Shown here: in pieces, positions 48,361 through 57,449 of the stretch
Numbering within the stretch: the first letter of the stretch is position 1
Layout of the letters: each line of letters starts with the position of its first letter
DNA from: Alphaproteobacteria bacterium
GTDB lineage: Bacteria; Pseudomonadota; Alphaproteobacteria; RF32; CAG-239
Direction: 5' to 3'
Length of the DNA: 64,000 nucleotides
Assembly (NCBI GenBank): GCA_017480745.1
Contig: JAFUSA010000008.1
Coordinates: 86,090 to 150,089, forward strand
Program-made: the position numbers and the translations under genes
Notes under the pieces: model-generated
Database searches by the model: none
What the model was told of the DNA's origin: nothing
The model's input: the letters and a program-made list of their open reading frames with translations, nothing else

Positions 48361-48546
48361 GCGCTCGCCGACGTGTTGAAAGCTACCTAATAGAATAGTG
48401 TCGCATATTATACAATTTATTCTGCGACCTTCCGACCATTGTCGGAAACATTTTACGTCCTGTCTGACGCTATTAGAGAGGCTTTCAAACCTCAGACAAG
48501 TTACCTCATCTTACTTAGATACTATCACAAAAAATGTAAAAGTCAA
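48361..48546 (-). ncRNA. Orphan class A leader-like RNA with promoter but no downstream gene
   Basis: Minus strand: TTGACT (48546-48541), 16-nt spacer, TGaTAGTAT. Then gatgaggtaacttgtctgaggtttgaaagcctc, cgtc..gacg, tttccgacaatggtcggaagg, gtcgca..tgcgac, cactatt. The 3' part diverges and runs into the convergent tetR stop. Confidence 0.6.
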
Positions 48547-48618
48547 ACTTTTTTTCGTAGTCAAACACAAAATTATGGCGCGCTATAATTTGTGCTTATA
48601 CACCAAATCATAAAAGTC

Positions 48619-49761
48619 TTATTTATCTCCGCAGAAAAAATAAGCCAAAAAATCTTTATAAACATTATAGAGAGTTGCAATATTCGCCAAATCTTCACAC
48701 TCATTGTTTTTATGAATAGTTTTATTGGTCAAACCATATTCCACAACCGGACAATAATTTTTCACAAATCGCGCATCTGATGTTCCGCCGGCGGTTGAAT
48801 AGGTCGGAATCTTTCCCGTATGTAGCTGAATGATTTTTCTTAAATTTTCTATGTGATCATTAATCGGGCTTAAAAAAGATTCTCCTACATATTCGGCCTG
48901 ATATGTAAATTGTCCGCTGGTTTGCTCTATATGTTGCCGCAACCATTGCTCAATATCGGCAAACGTATGCTCTGAATTAAAGCGAATATCTATTTGTGCA
49001 AAAGCCTTATTCGGCACAACATTAGACGCCTTGTTATTAACGTCAAATGCGGTTATATGCAAACTTGATGGTGCAAAATACGCATTACCGTCATCTAATT
49101 TATCGTGTTGCAGTGAATATAAAAGATTAACCAAATTATGCACGGGGTTACTGTTTACATCGCTATACGCTGTATGCCCTGATTGACCGTATGAAGTTAT
49201 GTTCAACACCATATCTCCGCGACGGCCTATTTTTATTTCATCTCCCATTGTTAGCGGATTCGACGGTTCTCCGACAATGGCAAAATCAAAATACTCCCGT
49301 TCTTCCGATAATAATTTGAGCATTTTTTTACTACCTTCAACTATCGGTTCTTCTTCATCGCCGGAAATAATCAGCGTAATTTTGCCTGAAAAATCGTTAT
49401 TTTGAATGAAATCTTTGCAAGCCTGCAAAAAACAAGCAATACCGCCTTTCATATCAGCGATTCCGCGACCATATAAAATATCATCTTCAATTTTTGCCGC
49501 AAAAGGTGAAAATTGCCATAAGGATATATCATTTGCCGGAACAACATCAATATGCCCGACAAACAAAAGATGTGGTTTGCCGCTTCCAAAACTTGCACAC
49601 AAGTTAGAAACTTTTTTCCCTTCCGTCTCAAAATCCACAATGCGGGCAGAAAAATTATTTTGTTCCAAAAAATTTTTCAAAAACAACAATGCTTCTGTGC
49701 AATTATTACCAACACTTTGAAATTGCACCAGTTTTTGACATAATTCTATTAAATCAGACAT
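48619..49761 (-). CDS. dapE: Succinyl-diaminopimelate desuccinylase (M20 family)
   Basis: HLLFVGHIDVVP, GRGIADMKG and overall M20 layout, about 380 aa. Confidence 0.75.
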   Translation of the reverse strand: MSDLIELCQKLVQFQSVGNNCTEALLFLKNFLEQNNFSARIVDFETEGKKVSNLCASFGSGKPHLLFVGHIDVVPANDISLWQFSPFAAKIEDDILYGRGIADMKGGIACFLQACKDFIQNNDFSGKITLIISGDEEEPIVEGSKKMLKLLSEEREYFDFAIVGEPSNPLTMGDEIKIGRRGDMVLNITSYGQSGHTAYSDVNSNPVHNLVNLLYSLQHDKLDDGNAYFAPSSLHITAFDVNNKASNVVPNKAFAQIDIRFNSEHTFADIEQWLRQHIEQTSGQFTYQAEYVGESFLSPINDHIENLRKIIQLHTGKIPTYSTAGGTSDARFVKNYCPVVEYGLTNKTIHKNNECEDLANIATLYNVYKDFLAYFFCGDK

Positions 49762-49977
49762 ATTTGCACCTCAACAACAAAATTATTATACCACATAAAT
49801 TTTATTTGACAATTAAAAAAATAAATGTAATACTATGTAAAAATTTTCGAGATTAAAAGAAATGACTGATTTAAAAATTACTATTCAAAGCATATTTAAA
49901 CGTAGCGTTTTTTTGCGACGATGATTTTTTCTTTGCAAATAAATTGTGATTTTTGAAAAATTGTTTCTACGGAGAAT

Positions 49978-50766
49978 ATGATGAATAATGATGAGTTGTT
50001 GCTGAAAAAATTAGATATTAAGGATTTAAAAAGTTTAATTGATTTACAAGATAAAATTATTGCCGACCTGAAAGATGATGAACAGCATTTTATTTTGCAC
50101 CGCACAGCCAGCGATTTTTTAAATGCATTGGAAAGCGATTCTATGTATGTTTTCGGCTTATATGACGGAGACCGCCTTGTTTCGCAGTCGATTCTTTCTT
50201 TGCCGCAAGATAATGATAAACGAGAAATTTCCGAATTTTTAAGCAATGAAAAAAATTCTGATTTAGCTGTATATAAAGCCGTTTTAGTTGATCCGGAATA
50301 CCGTGGACGAGGTTTGATGAAAAGAATGCTGCAAATTCGTGAAGACGCGGCTATTTTGAACGGACGTCGTATTGCCATCACACAAATAGCGGCCGACAAT
50401 CCGGCCAGTTGGATCAATGCTTTGCGTTATGGTATGCAAATCACTAAGGTTGGTTTTGATCCAGATGACAACGCCAAGGTTATTTATTTACAAAAAAATC
50501 TTGACGGACAAAAAGAGCCTAAACTTAATATGCAACAAGAATATTCTATGTCACTGGGCAAAGATATTCATCATCAAGTACCGGTTTTATTCAATAAAAT
50601 GCAAAAGCTCTCTCAAGACGGCTGGGTGGCTACAAACATAAAGATAGATAAAAATGATGATAGTTTTCGTCTTGATTGGCATCCGATAATCAAACAGAAA
50701 AGAGAGCGCTATCAAAGCTTTGCCAAACCACTGACTATGGCAAAAGAAAAAGAATTTGCCTATTAA
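49978..50766 (+). CDS. GNAT-family N-acetyltransferase
   Basis: VLVDPEYRGRGLMKRML acetyl-CoA binding motif. RBS ggaga. Confidence 0.7.
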   Translation: MMNNDELLLKKLDIKDLKSLIDLQDKIIADLKDDEQHFILHRTASDFLNALESDSMYVFGLYDGDRLVSQSILSLPQDNDKREISEFLSNEKNSDLAVYKAVLVDPEYRGRGLMKRMLQIREDAAILNGRRIAITQIAADNPASWINALRYGMQITKVGFDPDDNAKVIYLQKNLDGQKEPKLNMQQEYSMSLGKDIHHQVPVLFNKMQKLSQDGWVATNIKIDKNDDSFRLDWHPIIKQKRERYQSFAKPLTMAKEKEFAY

Positions 50767-50859
50767 AAGAGTATTTAAACCGGCGCTTGTGAGGAACGCC
50801 GGTATTTCTTGTAGAAAAAAAGGAACCAACCGGCTTGGCAGGTCAGTCATTTTTTGTAT

Positions 50860-51651
50860 TTAATACCACGTTACTCCCAGATCAGCGGCTTCCTTCTTAT
50901 AAAAACTTTCATCTGCATCAAAAAATAAAGATACACTTGTACTAATTACATCATCTTCAGGATCGACGTACGCATATGAACATATGTTGACAGCATTATC
51001 AATAGATATTGGTAAAGAAAAACTTGCTTTATCTATAGTTTGCAAGTTATTTACCGAAATAAAACTGACATTTGCGTTAGTCCAGTCATGTGTTAAAAGT
51101 TCTATACAAGCTTCTACGTTATTTCCTATGTCATACGTAACATCAAATGCTTGATCTTCACTATTAAATGATTTATAATTTGCATTTAATACAACTTTTC
51201 CACCAAAAACATTTTCCAAAGCCGTTTTGTCACTATTCCACATTTCATCAGGGACTAATTTAGCTTTGTGTATTATTTTTCTGCCATTAGTTTCATTGCT
51301 ATTCAATCCTTTATAATTCCTCTGCGGAGCAAAAAATGTTCGCACATTGCCGGCAATTAAAGTTATTTGCTCAATAGTTTTGTTGATGCGATATTTGGTC
51401 ATTGCTTTGCTGTATCCGGCGATTCCGCCAACCGAAAGAACGCCAATAATTGCCAACACGCCAAGCATTTCAATCATTGAACGTCCGCTCTGCGTGGCAA
51501 AACCACACTTATAGTCATGCCTCGATTCCGCAGGAATCGTCAAGTCATCTTCTGCTTGATTAAAATTAATTTGAAGATCCCTTGACGCATTCGCCTTTGC
51601 AAGGCTCTGCGAGGGATGACTTTTTATATTTTTTATTTTTAAGTTATTCAT
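50860..51651 (-). CDS. Prepilin-like protein, paralog 9 (56-aa presequence)
   Basis: MNNLKIKNIKSHPSQSLAKANASRDLQINFNQAEDDLTIPAESRHDYKCGFATQSG|RSMIEMLGVLAIIGVLSVGGIAGYSKAMTKYRINKTIEQITLIAGNVRTFF...EACIELLTHDW. Confidence 0.78.
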   Translation of the reverse strand: MNNLKIKNIKSHPSQSLAKANASRDLQINFNQAEDDLTIPAESRHDYKCGFATQSGRSMIEMLGVLAIIGVLSVGGIAGYSKAMTKYRINKTIEQITLIAGNVRTFFAPQRNYKGLNSNETNGRKIIHKAKLVPDEMWNSDKTALENVFGGKVVLNANYKSFNSEDQAFDVTYDIGNNVEACIELLTHDWTNANVSFISVNNLQTIDKASFSLPISIDNAVNICSYAYVDPEDDVISTSVSLFFDADESFYKKEAADLGVTWY

Positions 51652-51689
51652 AGTAAACTTCCTTTCATCTGAATTGTTGATATTACATT

Positions 51690-51895
51690 AAAACAACCGC
51701 CCGATAAAGGCGGCCGGAAGTTGACGACTATTTAAGATTAGATAGTGTGGCTTATTTGGTTCACCCTTATTCAACCACCTTCCAGCCATACTGGAAAATT
51801 TTTACGTCTTCAAAGACGACTTCAAAGAGGTTTTCAGACCTCAGACAAGTTACCTTATCTTGTTTTCACTATATCATAAAAAACGCAAAAGTCAA
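51690..51895 (-). promoter_or_regulatory. Class A structured leader of pilin paralog 9
   Basis: Minus strand: TTGACT (51895-51890), 16-nt spacer, TGaTATAGT. The gtggtt/aagccac stem is compensatory relative to gtcgca/tgcgac. Terminator ggccgcctttatcgggcggttgtttt. Confidence 0.75.
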
Positions 51896-51971
51896 ACTAT
51901 TTTTCAAAAAAATGCAGAAAGCCACCGATTGTAAAAACCGGTGGTCTTTTGCTATAACAATATTTCAGCAG

Positions 51972-52733
51972 CTATTTTGTAGCGTTAACTTCTTTCAGTT
52001 TGAAAGTTGCAAACTCACCCTCTGTCGGAATATTCAAGTTCATTTTGGTATTAGGTGCAACATCAGCGGCTTCAACTCCGCCCTCATAAATTAACTCACC
52101 TTTATCATCAAAGAAACTTATTGAAATAACTACGCTTTTGAAAGTGTTTTCACCTGAATTTTCTACTTTACCGCAAACACCTTGTTCACATTTGCTGAGT
52201 TCGGAAATTTTTAAGCCATCTTTATCATAGGTATTTTCATCGGCCTTAGGTGTTTCTGCCTTAGGGGCAATCTGTGTAACTTCTGCCTTAGGTGCAGGTG
52301 CAGGCTTAACCGGTTCAGATGACGGCCAAATAATATAGAAGAAAAGGAAAACACCGGCAACCACAACGGCTGTAAGCGGAATTTTTTTACCTTTAACTTC
52401 AACATATTTACCCTTGAGATGTTTGTCATACAAAGCTTTACTCAAACCGGCAGCTTTGCGTGAAGCATCGCCGTAATTTTTATCTTTAATTAAACCGGCA
52501 AGCTCTTTAACTTCTTTAATAGCATTAACATCACTTGCCGAAACCGGAGTTTCAGCCACAGGCGCTTCTGCTACCGGTTCACTGATTTCTGCCGAAGTTT
52601 CCCCTGCCGGAGCTTCCTCAACAGGAGCAACCGGTTCACTTGGTATTTCCTCAACCGGAGCTACAGGAGCTGCCTCTTCAACAGGTGCTTCCGGAGCCAC
52701 ATTTTCTTCTTTTACTTCTTCATTTTCTGTCAT
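51972..52733 (-). CDS. Membrane-anchored protein with Pro/Ala/Glu repeats and a C-terminal beta-rich domain
   Basis: Repeats APVEE.., a single TM (LTAVVVAGVFLFFYIIW), and a C-terminal region with ISFFDDKGELIYEG. Confidence 0.55.
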   Translation of the reverse strand: MTENEEVKEENVAPEAPVEEAAPVAPVEEIPSEPVAPVEEAPAGETSAEISEPVAEAPVAETPVSASDVNAIKEVKELAGLIKDKNYGDASRKAAGLSKALYDKHLKGKYVEVKGKKIPLTAVVVAGVFLFFYIIWPSSEPVKPAPAPKAEVTQIAPKAETPKADENTYDKDGLKISELSKCEQGVCGKVENSGENTFKSVVISISFFDDKGELIYEGGVEAADVAPNTKMNLNIPTEGEFATFKLKEVNATK

Positions 52734-52753
52734 TAAAATTCTCCTTAATTGTT

Positions 52754-53707
52754 TTAGTCAAATAATTGAACACCGCGAGAAAGTCTGATTCTCTGCGATT
52801 CTATTGTTGTTGATAAATTTAATTTTCCGCTCTTAATTATGCCGCGCAACTGGTCTCCCTTTGTGCCATCCGGATTAGCAAACACATATTCAAGTTCCGG
52901 ATGCTTAGGAACACCTACCAAACGTTGGTGTAACACACTGAGAACACCGTTACCCACCAAATCATACGACATATCTTCCGAAATACCGCTGGCAGCCGCA
53001 TATTTTACGATTGACTGAATGGCATCCGTTACAGTACTTGCGTGAATAGTAGAAAGCACTAAGTGGCCGGAAATAGCCGCACGCAGAGCTTCTGATGCAA
53101 TTTCAGGATCACGTATCTCACCCAAATAAACATAACGTGGTTTAGAACGCAACATGGACTTCAAACCCTCAGACCACGAACCTCCCGGAGGTGTCATCTG
53201 TTTGCAAATACCAAGTTCGCCGTTTACCGTATGATACGTGCCATCCAAAGGCATTTCAACCGGATCTTCCAACGTAAACGCATATCCGCCGTCACGAATT
53301 AAATACTCGCGCAACAACGCAGATAATGTTGTTGTTTTACCGGAACCAGTTGTTCCTGCCATTAATATCAAGCCGGAAGCACCGCTGAGCGATTTAAGAT
53401 ATTTAAGCAGATGATCCTCAATTCCAAGCTTATTGATATCCGGAACTGTATGAGGCATTTTACGTGCACAATACTGCTGACCATCTAATGTAACCGTTCT
53501 TTCCACACGATAGTTAAGTCCTTTGTATTTTACCAAATACGAAGGATTATTCCCATCGTATGTATCCATCACTGTTTGATAAAATTCCTGATAATCATCC
53601 GGCTCAACCTGAATCAAGCCGCTCGGAGTTTTACGTCCCCAAATATAGGCCGTTCCATCCGGAATAATATAAATATCGGAAAAATCAACTTCATTTACTG
53701 TAGCCAT
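52754..53707 (-). CDS. Type II/IV secretion-family ATPase, PilT-like (317 aa)
   Basis: Walker A GTTGSGKTTT, Asp box FTLEDPVE, Walker B/Arg LGEIRD, His box SGHLVLSTIHAS. Confidence 0.8.
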   Translation of the reverse strand: MATVNEVDFSDIYIIPDGTAYIWGRKTPSGLIQVEPDDYQEFYQTVMDTYDGNNPSYLVKYKGLNYRVERTVTLDGQQYCARKMPHTVPDINKLGIEDHLLKYLKSLSGASGLILMAGTTGSGKTTTLSALLREYLIRDGGYAFTLEDPVEMPLDGTYHTVNGELGICKQMTPPGGSWSEGLKSMLRSKPRYVYLGEIRDPEIASEALRAAISGHLVLSTIHASTVTDAIQSIVKYAAASGISEDMSYDLVGNGVLSVLHQRLVGVPKHPELEYVFANPDGTKGDQLRGIIKSGKLNLSTTIESQRIRLSRGVQLFD

Positions 53708-53969
53708 ATTTTAATCTTTCACAAAATAATCTCATTGGTATAATAACACCGCTTTTATTAATCTTTTATTACTAAATATATTATTTCTCGTCTATATTTT
53801 AGCTGGCAAATAGTAAGTTATCCACAAATTTTAGGGCAGAAAACACATCTCAACTGTGCAAAAAAAATAATAGTATCCTCAAAGAAACTACTTGTGCACA
53901 AAATAAAATATTTACCATTGACCGCCAAAGATGTAACTTTAACTCAGGTTAATTTTTTTAGAGGTGACT

Positions 53970-55229
53970 ATGAAAAATATTTATATGATGACTGCCTTGG
54001 CATTGTTGTTAGGTATTAACAATGCAAATGCAGCCGGCTATCAGTTAAACGAATTTTCGGCAACCGGTTTGGGTCGCGCCTTTGCCGGTTCCGGTATTAT
54101 GGGCGACGATTTTTCTGCCATGGGTTATAATCCGGCCGGTATGACAGCCAACAAAAACAGTGGTGCACAATTAGGTATTGCTTTCACAGAAATTGCTTCT
54201 AAGGCAAAAAGCAAATACGGAACCGATAAAATGGATTATTTTGTGCCACTGCCAAGCTTTATGAGCCAATGGAATATTAACAATAAGTGGTTTTTAGGAT
54301 TTGGTGTGTATGTTCCTTACGGTCTGTCCACAGAATATAAGCACGACAGCCATGTAGCGACAAAATCTGCCGGCGGTGCCCGCAAATCTTATTTGGAAGT
54401 AATTGACACGAACTTGTCTGGCGCATATCGTTTTGATAACGGTATTTCACTCGGTGCCAGCGCCATCTTGCGCCACATTTCAGGTCAGTTAACCTCAAAC
54501 ATCAACGCCATGCCAGCCTATGGTCTGAGAAGTGATTTCAATGTTCACGGTTGGTCGCACTCCTTCCAATTGGGCGGAATGTATGAGTTTAGTGAAAATA
54601 CCAGAGTCGGCCTTTCTTATCGCTTTAAGAGTACTCAAAAGACCAAAGGTAAACATTATATAACTACAACTTCAACCAATCCTATGATTATCGCTGGTTT
54701 GGAAGCTATGGGTATGATCGGCAAATTCCACTCAATTTCTGATCCGGAATTGCCGGCAAGCTGGGTATTATCCGGCTTTCATAAGTGGAATGAAAAATGG
54801 GGTACTTCGGCCACGGTTAAGTATGTTCAGTGGCACCGCTTTAATGTTTTCCCTGGTGAAACAACATGGCCTGGTTTGGCTTTAAGCGGAAAGAAAAACT
54901 TAGATGTTGATTATAAATGGAAAGATGCTTGGACAGTTGCTCTTGGGCAAGAGTATTACTTGAATGATAAGTGGACACTTCGTGCCGGTGCGGCATGGGA
55001 TCAATCTCCTTCCCGCAAAAGTAGTTTCCGCACTAACCGTATTCCGGATACCGATCGTATTTGGACGTCATTGGGTGCCAGCTATGCAACCGGAAATCAT
55101 CAATTTGATTTAGGCTATGCTCATTTGTTTATGATGCACGGTAAAACAGTTGATCAGCCAACTGATTTAACTGTTAAATATCATAATCACAGCAATATGT
55201 TTGCCTTCCAGTATCAATACAAGTTCTAA
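53970..55229 (+). CDS. Outer membrane transport protein, OmpP1/FadL/TodX family
   Basis: Signal peptide then AAGYQLNEFSATGLGRAFAG. C-terminal aromatic residue (..QYQYKF). Confidence 0.85.
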   Translation: MKNIYMMTALALLLGINNANAAGYQLNEFSATGLGRAFAGSGIMGDDFSAMGYNPAGMTANKNSGAQLGIAFTEIASKAKSKYGTDKMDYFVPLPSFMSQWNINNKWFLGFGVYVPYGLSTEYKHDSHVATKSAGGARKSYLEVIDTNLSGAYRFDNGISLGASAILRHISGQLTSNINAMPAYGLRSDFNVHGWSHSFQLGGMYEFSENTRVGLSYRFKSTQKTKGKHYITTTSTNPMIIAGLEAMGMIGKFHSISDPELPASWVLSGFHKWNEKWGTSATVKYVQWHRFNVFPGETTWPGLALSGKKNLDVDYKWKDAWTVALGQEYYLNDKWTLRAGAAWDQSPSRKSSFRTNRIPDTDRIWTSLGASYATGNHQFDLGYAHLFMMHGKTVDQPTDLTVKYHNHSNMFAFQYQYKF

Positions 55230-55257
55230 ACATATTACGTAAATTATATTAGTCCCG

Positions 55258-55287
55258 AAAGTACCGTCATATGGCGGTACTTTTTTT
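55258..55287 (+). terminator. Terminator after the FadL-family gene
   Basis: gtaccgtc..ggcggtac followed by a 7-nt T-run. Confidence 0.75.
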
Positions 55288-55409
55288 GTGAGAAACAAAC
55301 GCCGAAGACCACGTAACATTGACAAAAAATAACCGAAAAAATTACTTGACACGGAAAATATTATATGTTAAAAATGGTGCAATTATTCTGTAAAATTAAA
55401 GAGGTAAAA

Positions 55410-56378
55410 ATGGTTAAATTAAACGAAAACACATCTTATAAAAGAGGGCAAGAATTATTAGATTCCGGCCACTATGAAGAGGCAATTGAAAAATTTGCCG
55501 AAGTTATAGCGGAGAATCCTCGGGCTTGGAAAGCGTTAAACAGTCAGGGTTTTGCCTTTCAAAAGATGAGTAAGTATACCGATGCGGTAAATTGTTTTGA
55601 TACGGCGTTGTCCATAAATCCAAAGTCGGTGGAAGTTTTGAATAATAAAGGTGTTACACTGAGTATGCGCGGACTATATAAAGAAGCAATAGCTTGTTTT
55701 GATGAGGCTTTTGCCAACGACCGCACTTCATTGGAAGCCTTAAACGGTAAAGCTATTGCCCTGCAACATATGTTTTCATATAAAGAAGCCTTGGATGTTT
55801 TGGAAGAAGCCATGAAAATTGACAATAAACATCCGCAAACACTACTCAGCATTGCCGTAACATTGCAAAAATTAAAACAATATGACCGTTCTATCTCTTT
55901 CTTTAAGAAAGTTTTATCCGGTGACAAGTTTAACACCAAAGCATGGAACGGAATTGGCGTTACTTATCAGTTAATGGGTGATAATGATTCTGCGTTAAAA
56001 TGCTTTACTAAAATTTTAAACATAAATAGTCAGGATTTACAAGCCTGGGTTTCTATCGGCTATGTATATCAAAAAATGTTCAAATTTAAGGATGCTTTGA
56101 AGTGCTATAAAAAAGCTCAAGCCGTTGTAAACGGACGTTACACACATAAATTATATGACGGATTAGCTTCTTGTTTGACCAAGCTTTCAGAGTTTGACCA
56201 AGCAATAGAGGTTTATAAAATAATTTATCAAAGTGAAGAAGGTAAACGTAAGTGGGATGCCCAACGTTCAATAAAGTTTGTTAATAAACTGAAACGTAAG
56301 CAGGCGATTGGCGCTTTGCCGGAAATTACTCCGCATAGCGATGATGATGGTAGCGGAAGTTCTGCTCCGGCTGAATAA
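55410..56378 (+). CDS. Tetratricopeptide (TPR) repeat protein
   Basis: Repeated 34-aa A..A/Y..A units (EEAIEKF.., YKEAIACFDEA.., YKEALDVLEEA..). Start at 55410 behind gaggt. Confidence 0.75.
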   Translation: MVKLNENTSYKRGQELLDSGHYEEAIEKFAEVIAENPRAWKALNSQGFAFQKMSKYTDAVNCFDTALSINPKSVEVLNNKGVTLSMRGLYKEAIACFDEAFANDRTSLEALNGKAIALQHMFSYKEALDVLEEAMKIDNKHPQTLLSIAVTLQKLKQYDRSISFFKKVLSGDKFNTKAWNGIGVTYQLMGDNDSALKCFTKILNINSQDLQAWVSIGYVYQKMFKFKDALKCYKKAQAVVNGRYTHKLYDGLASCLTKLSEFDQAIEVYKIIYQSEEGKRKWDAQRSIKFVNKLKRKQAIGALPEITPHSDDDGSGSSAPAE

Positions 56379-56407
56379 AGATATTTGCACTTAATACTAT
56401 ATAGAAT

Positions 56408-56438
56408 ATCCGCCGAGTCAGCTTGGCGGATTTGTTTG
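56408..56438 (+). terminator. Terminator after the TPR gene
   Basis: atccgcc..ggcggat followed by ttgtttg. Confidence 0.65.
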
Positions 56439-56550
56439 TCAACACTGCCAACTTGGATCAATATTTACGGAATTACTTTTGGGGATTGATAATTTGCTTA
56501 AAGCCCTGCACAAATGCAGGGCTTTATGTCATGTTTATTGAATATTTAAC

Positions 56551-57420
56551 CTACTTAAAACCCAATATAATCTCGCAAGTATCTTCTGTGCACGAACATG
56601 CGGCAACAGCTTTTTCCAGTGGAAGCGGCAAAGTATTTCCCGCTGGACAAAAATACCTATCATCTTCCGCGGTACAATCATTATCCGCGACATTAGCCAT
56701 ATCTCCGTCCAACGTTTCATTGATATACATACCTACAACATTTGCGGCTTGCCAATCATGACTGGCTATCTCAATACAGGCTTCTGCCGGTAAATATGCT
56801 ATGCTTATGCCAAAAGCTGTAAAACCATTAGTTACATTCTCCGATAATACAACCCCACCACCGAAGGGATTGGTAATAGCGGTAATTTTTTTACCGGTAG
56901 AATCAAGAGTAATCATTTCATCCGGTAATATCTTGGCTTTTTTTATTATCGGACAGCCATTGACAGTAGAAGTAGGATAGCCGCTGCTGCTAACACCGCC
57001 ATCACTTCCCTTACATCCGTTGGTTGCATTGCAGGTATAACCACTACAATTAACCCCGATATAGTTCTTCTGTGGTCCCCAGAAAGCACGCACATTGCCG
57101 GCAATTAATGTTATTTGCTCAATAGTTTTATTGATGCGATACTTTTGCATTGCCTTACTATATCCGGCTATTCCGCCAACGCTTAATACGCCGATTATAG
57201 CCAGTACGCCTAACATCTCGATCATTGAACGACCAGACTGCGGCGCATCTGCACCACTCTCCGCAAGAGGTGAACATCCACTCTGTTCACTTTTTGCATC
57301 AAGCACTTCTTTTGCAGTTAAAAACGTATTGCAACAAATATTCCATGGAGCGGATGAAAATCCGCGACCCGGCGCACCAGCGCCGTTAATGTTTTGTTTA
57401 GAATTTATATTTCTCATCAT
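56551..57420 (-). CDS. Prepilin-like protein, paralog 10 (63-aa presequence)
   Basis: MMRNINSKQNINGAGAPGRGFSSAPWNICCNTFLTAKEVLDAKSEQSGCSPLAESGADAPQSG|RSMIEMLGVLAIIGVLSVGGIAGYSKAMQKYRINKTIEQITLIAGNVRAFW...EACIEIASHDW. Confidence 0.78.
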   Translation of the reverse strand: MMRNINSKQNINGAGAPGRGFSSAPWNICCNTFLTAKEVLDAKSEQSGCSPLAESGADAPQSGRSMIEMLGVLAIIGVLSVGGIAGYSKAMQKYRINKTIEQITLIAGNVRAFWGPQKNYIGVNCSGYTCNATNGCKGSDGGVSSSGYPTSTVNGCPIIKKAKILPDEMITLDSTGKKITAITNPFGGGVVLSENVTNGFTAFGISIAYLPAEACIEIASHDWQAANVVGMYINETLDGDMANVADNDCTAEDDRYFCPAGNTLPLPLEKAVAACSCTEDTCEIILGFK

Positions 57421-57449
57421 TTTATCTCCTCTATTTGATAGGTTTAATT

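Noticed and set aside
53818-53826. Perfect DnaA box TTATCCACA in the AT-rich region between the PilT-like and FadL-family genes; possible oriC.
   Set aside because: It is a single box with no cluster of further boxes, no adjacent dnaA, dnaN or hemE, and no obvious DNA-unwinding repeats. It probably occurs by chance or is an isolated regulatory site.
14776-57420. Neisseria-like pilE/pilS antigenic variation, with silent cassettes recombining into an expression locus.
   Set aside because: Every paralog has its own promoter, leader, RBS, start codon and full N-terminal domain, so none looks like a silent partial cassette. Synonymous sites in the conserved 5' region are heavily diverged, arguing against ongoing gene conversion.
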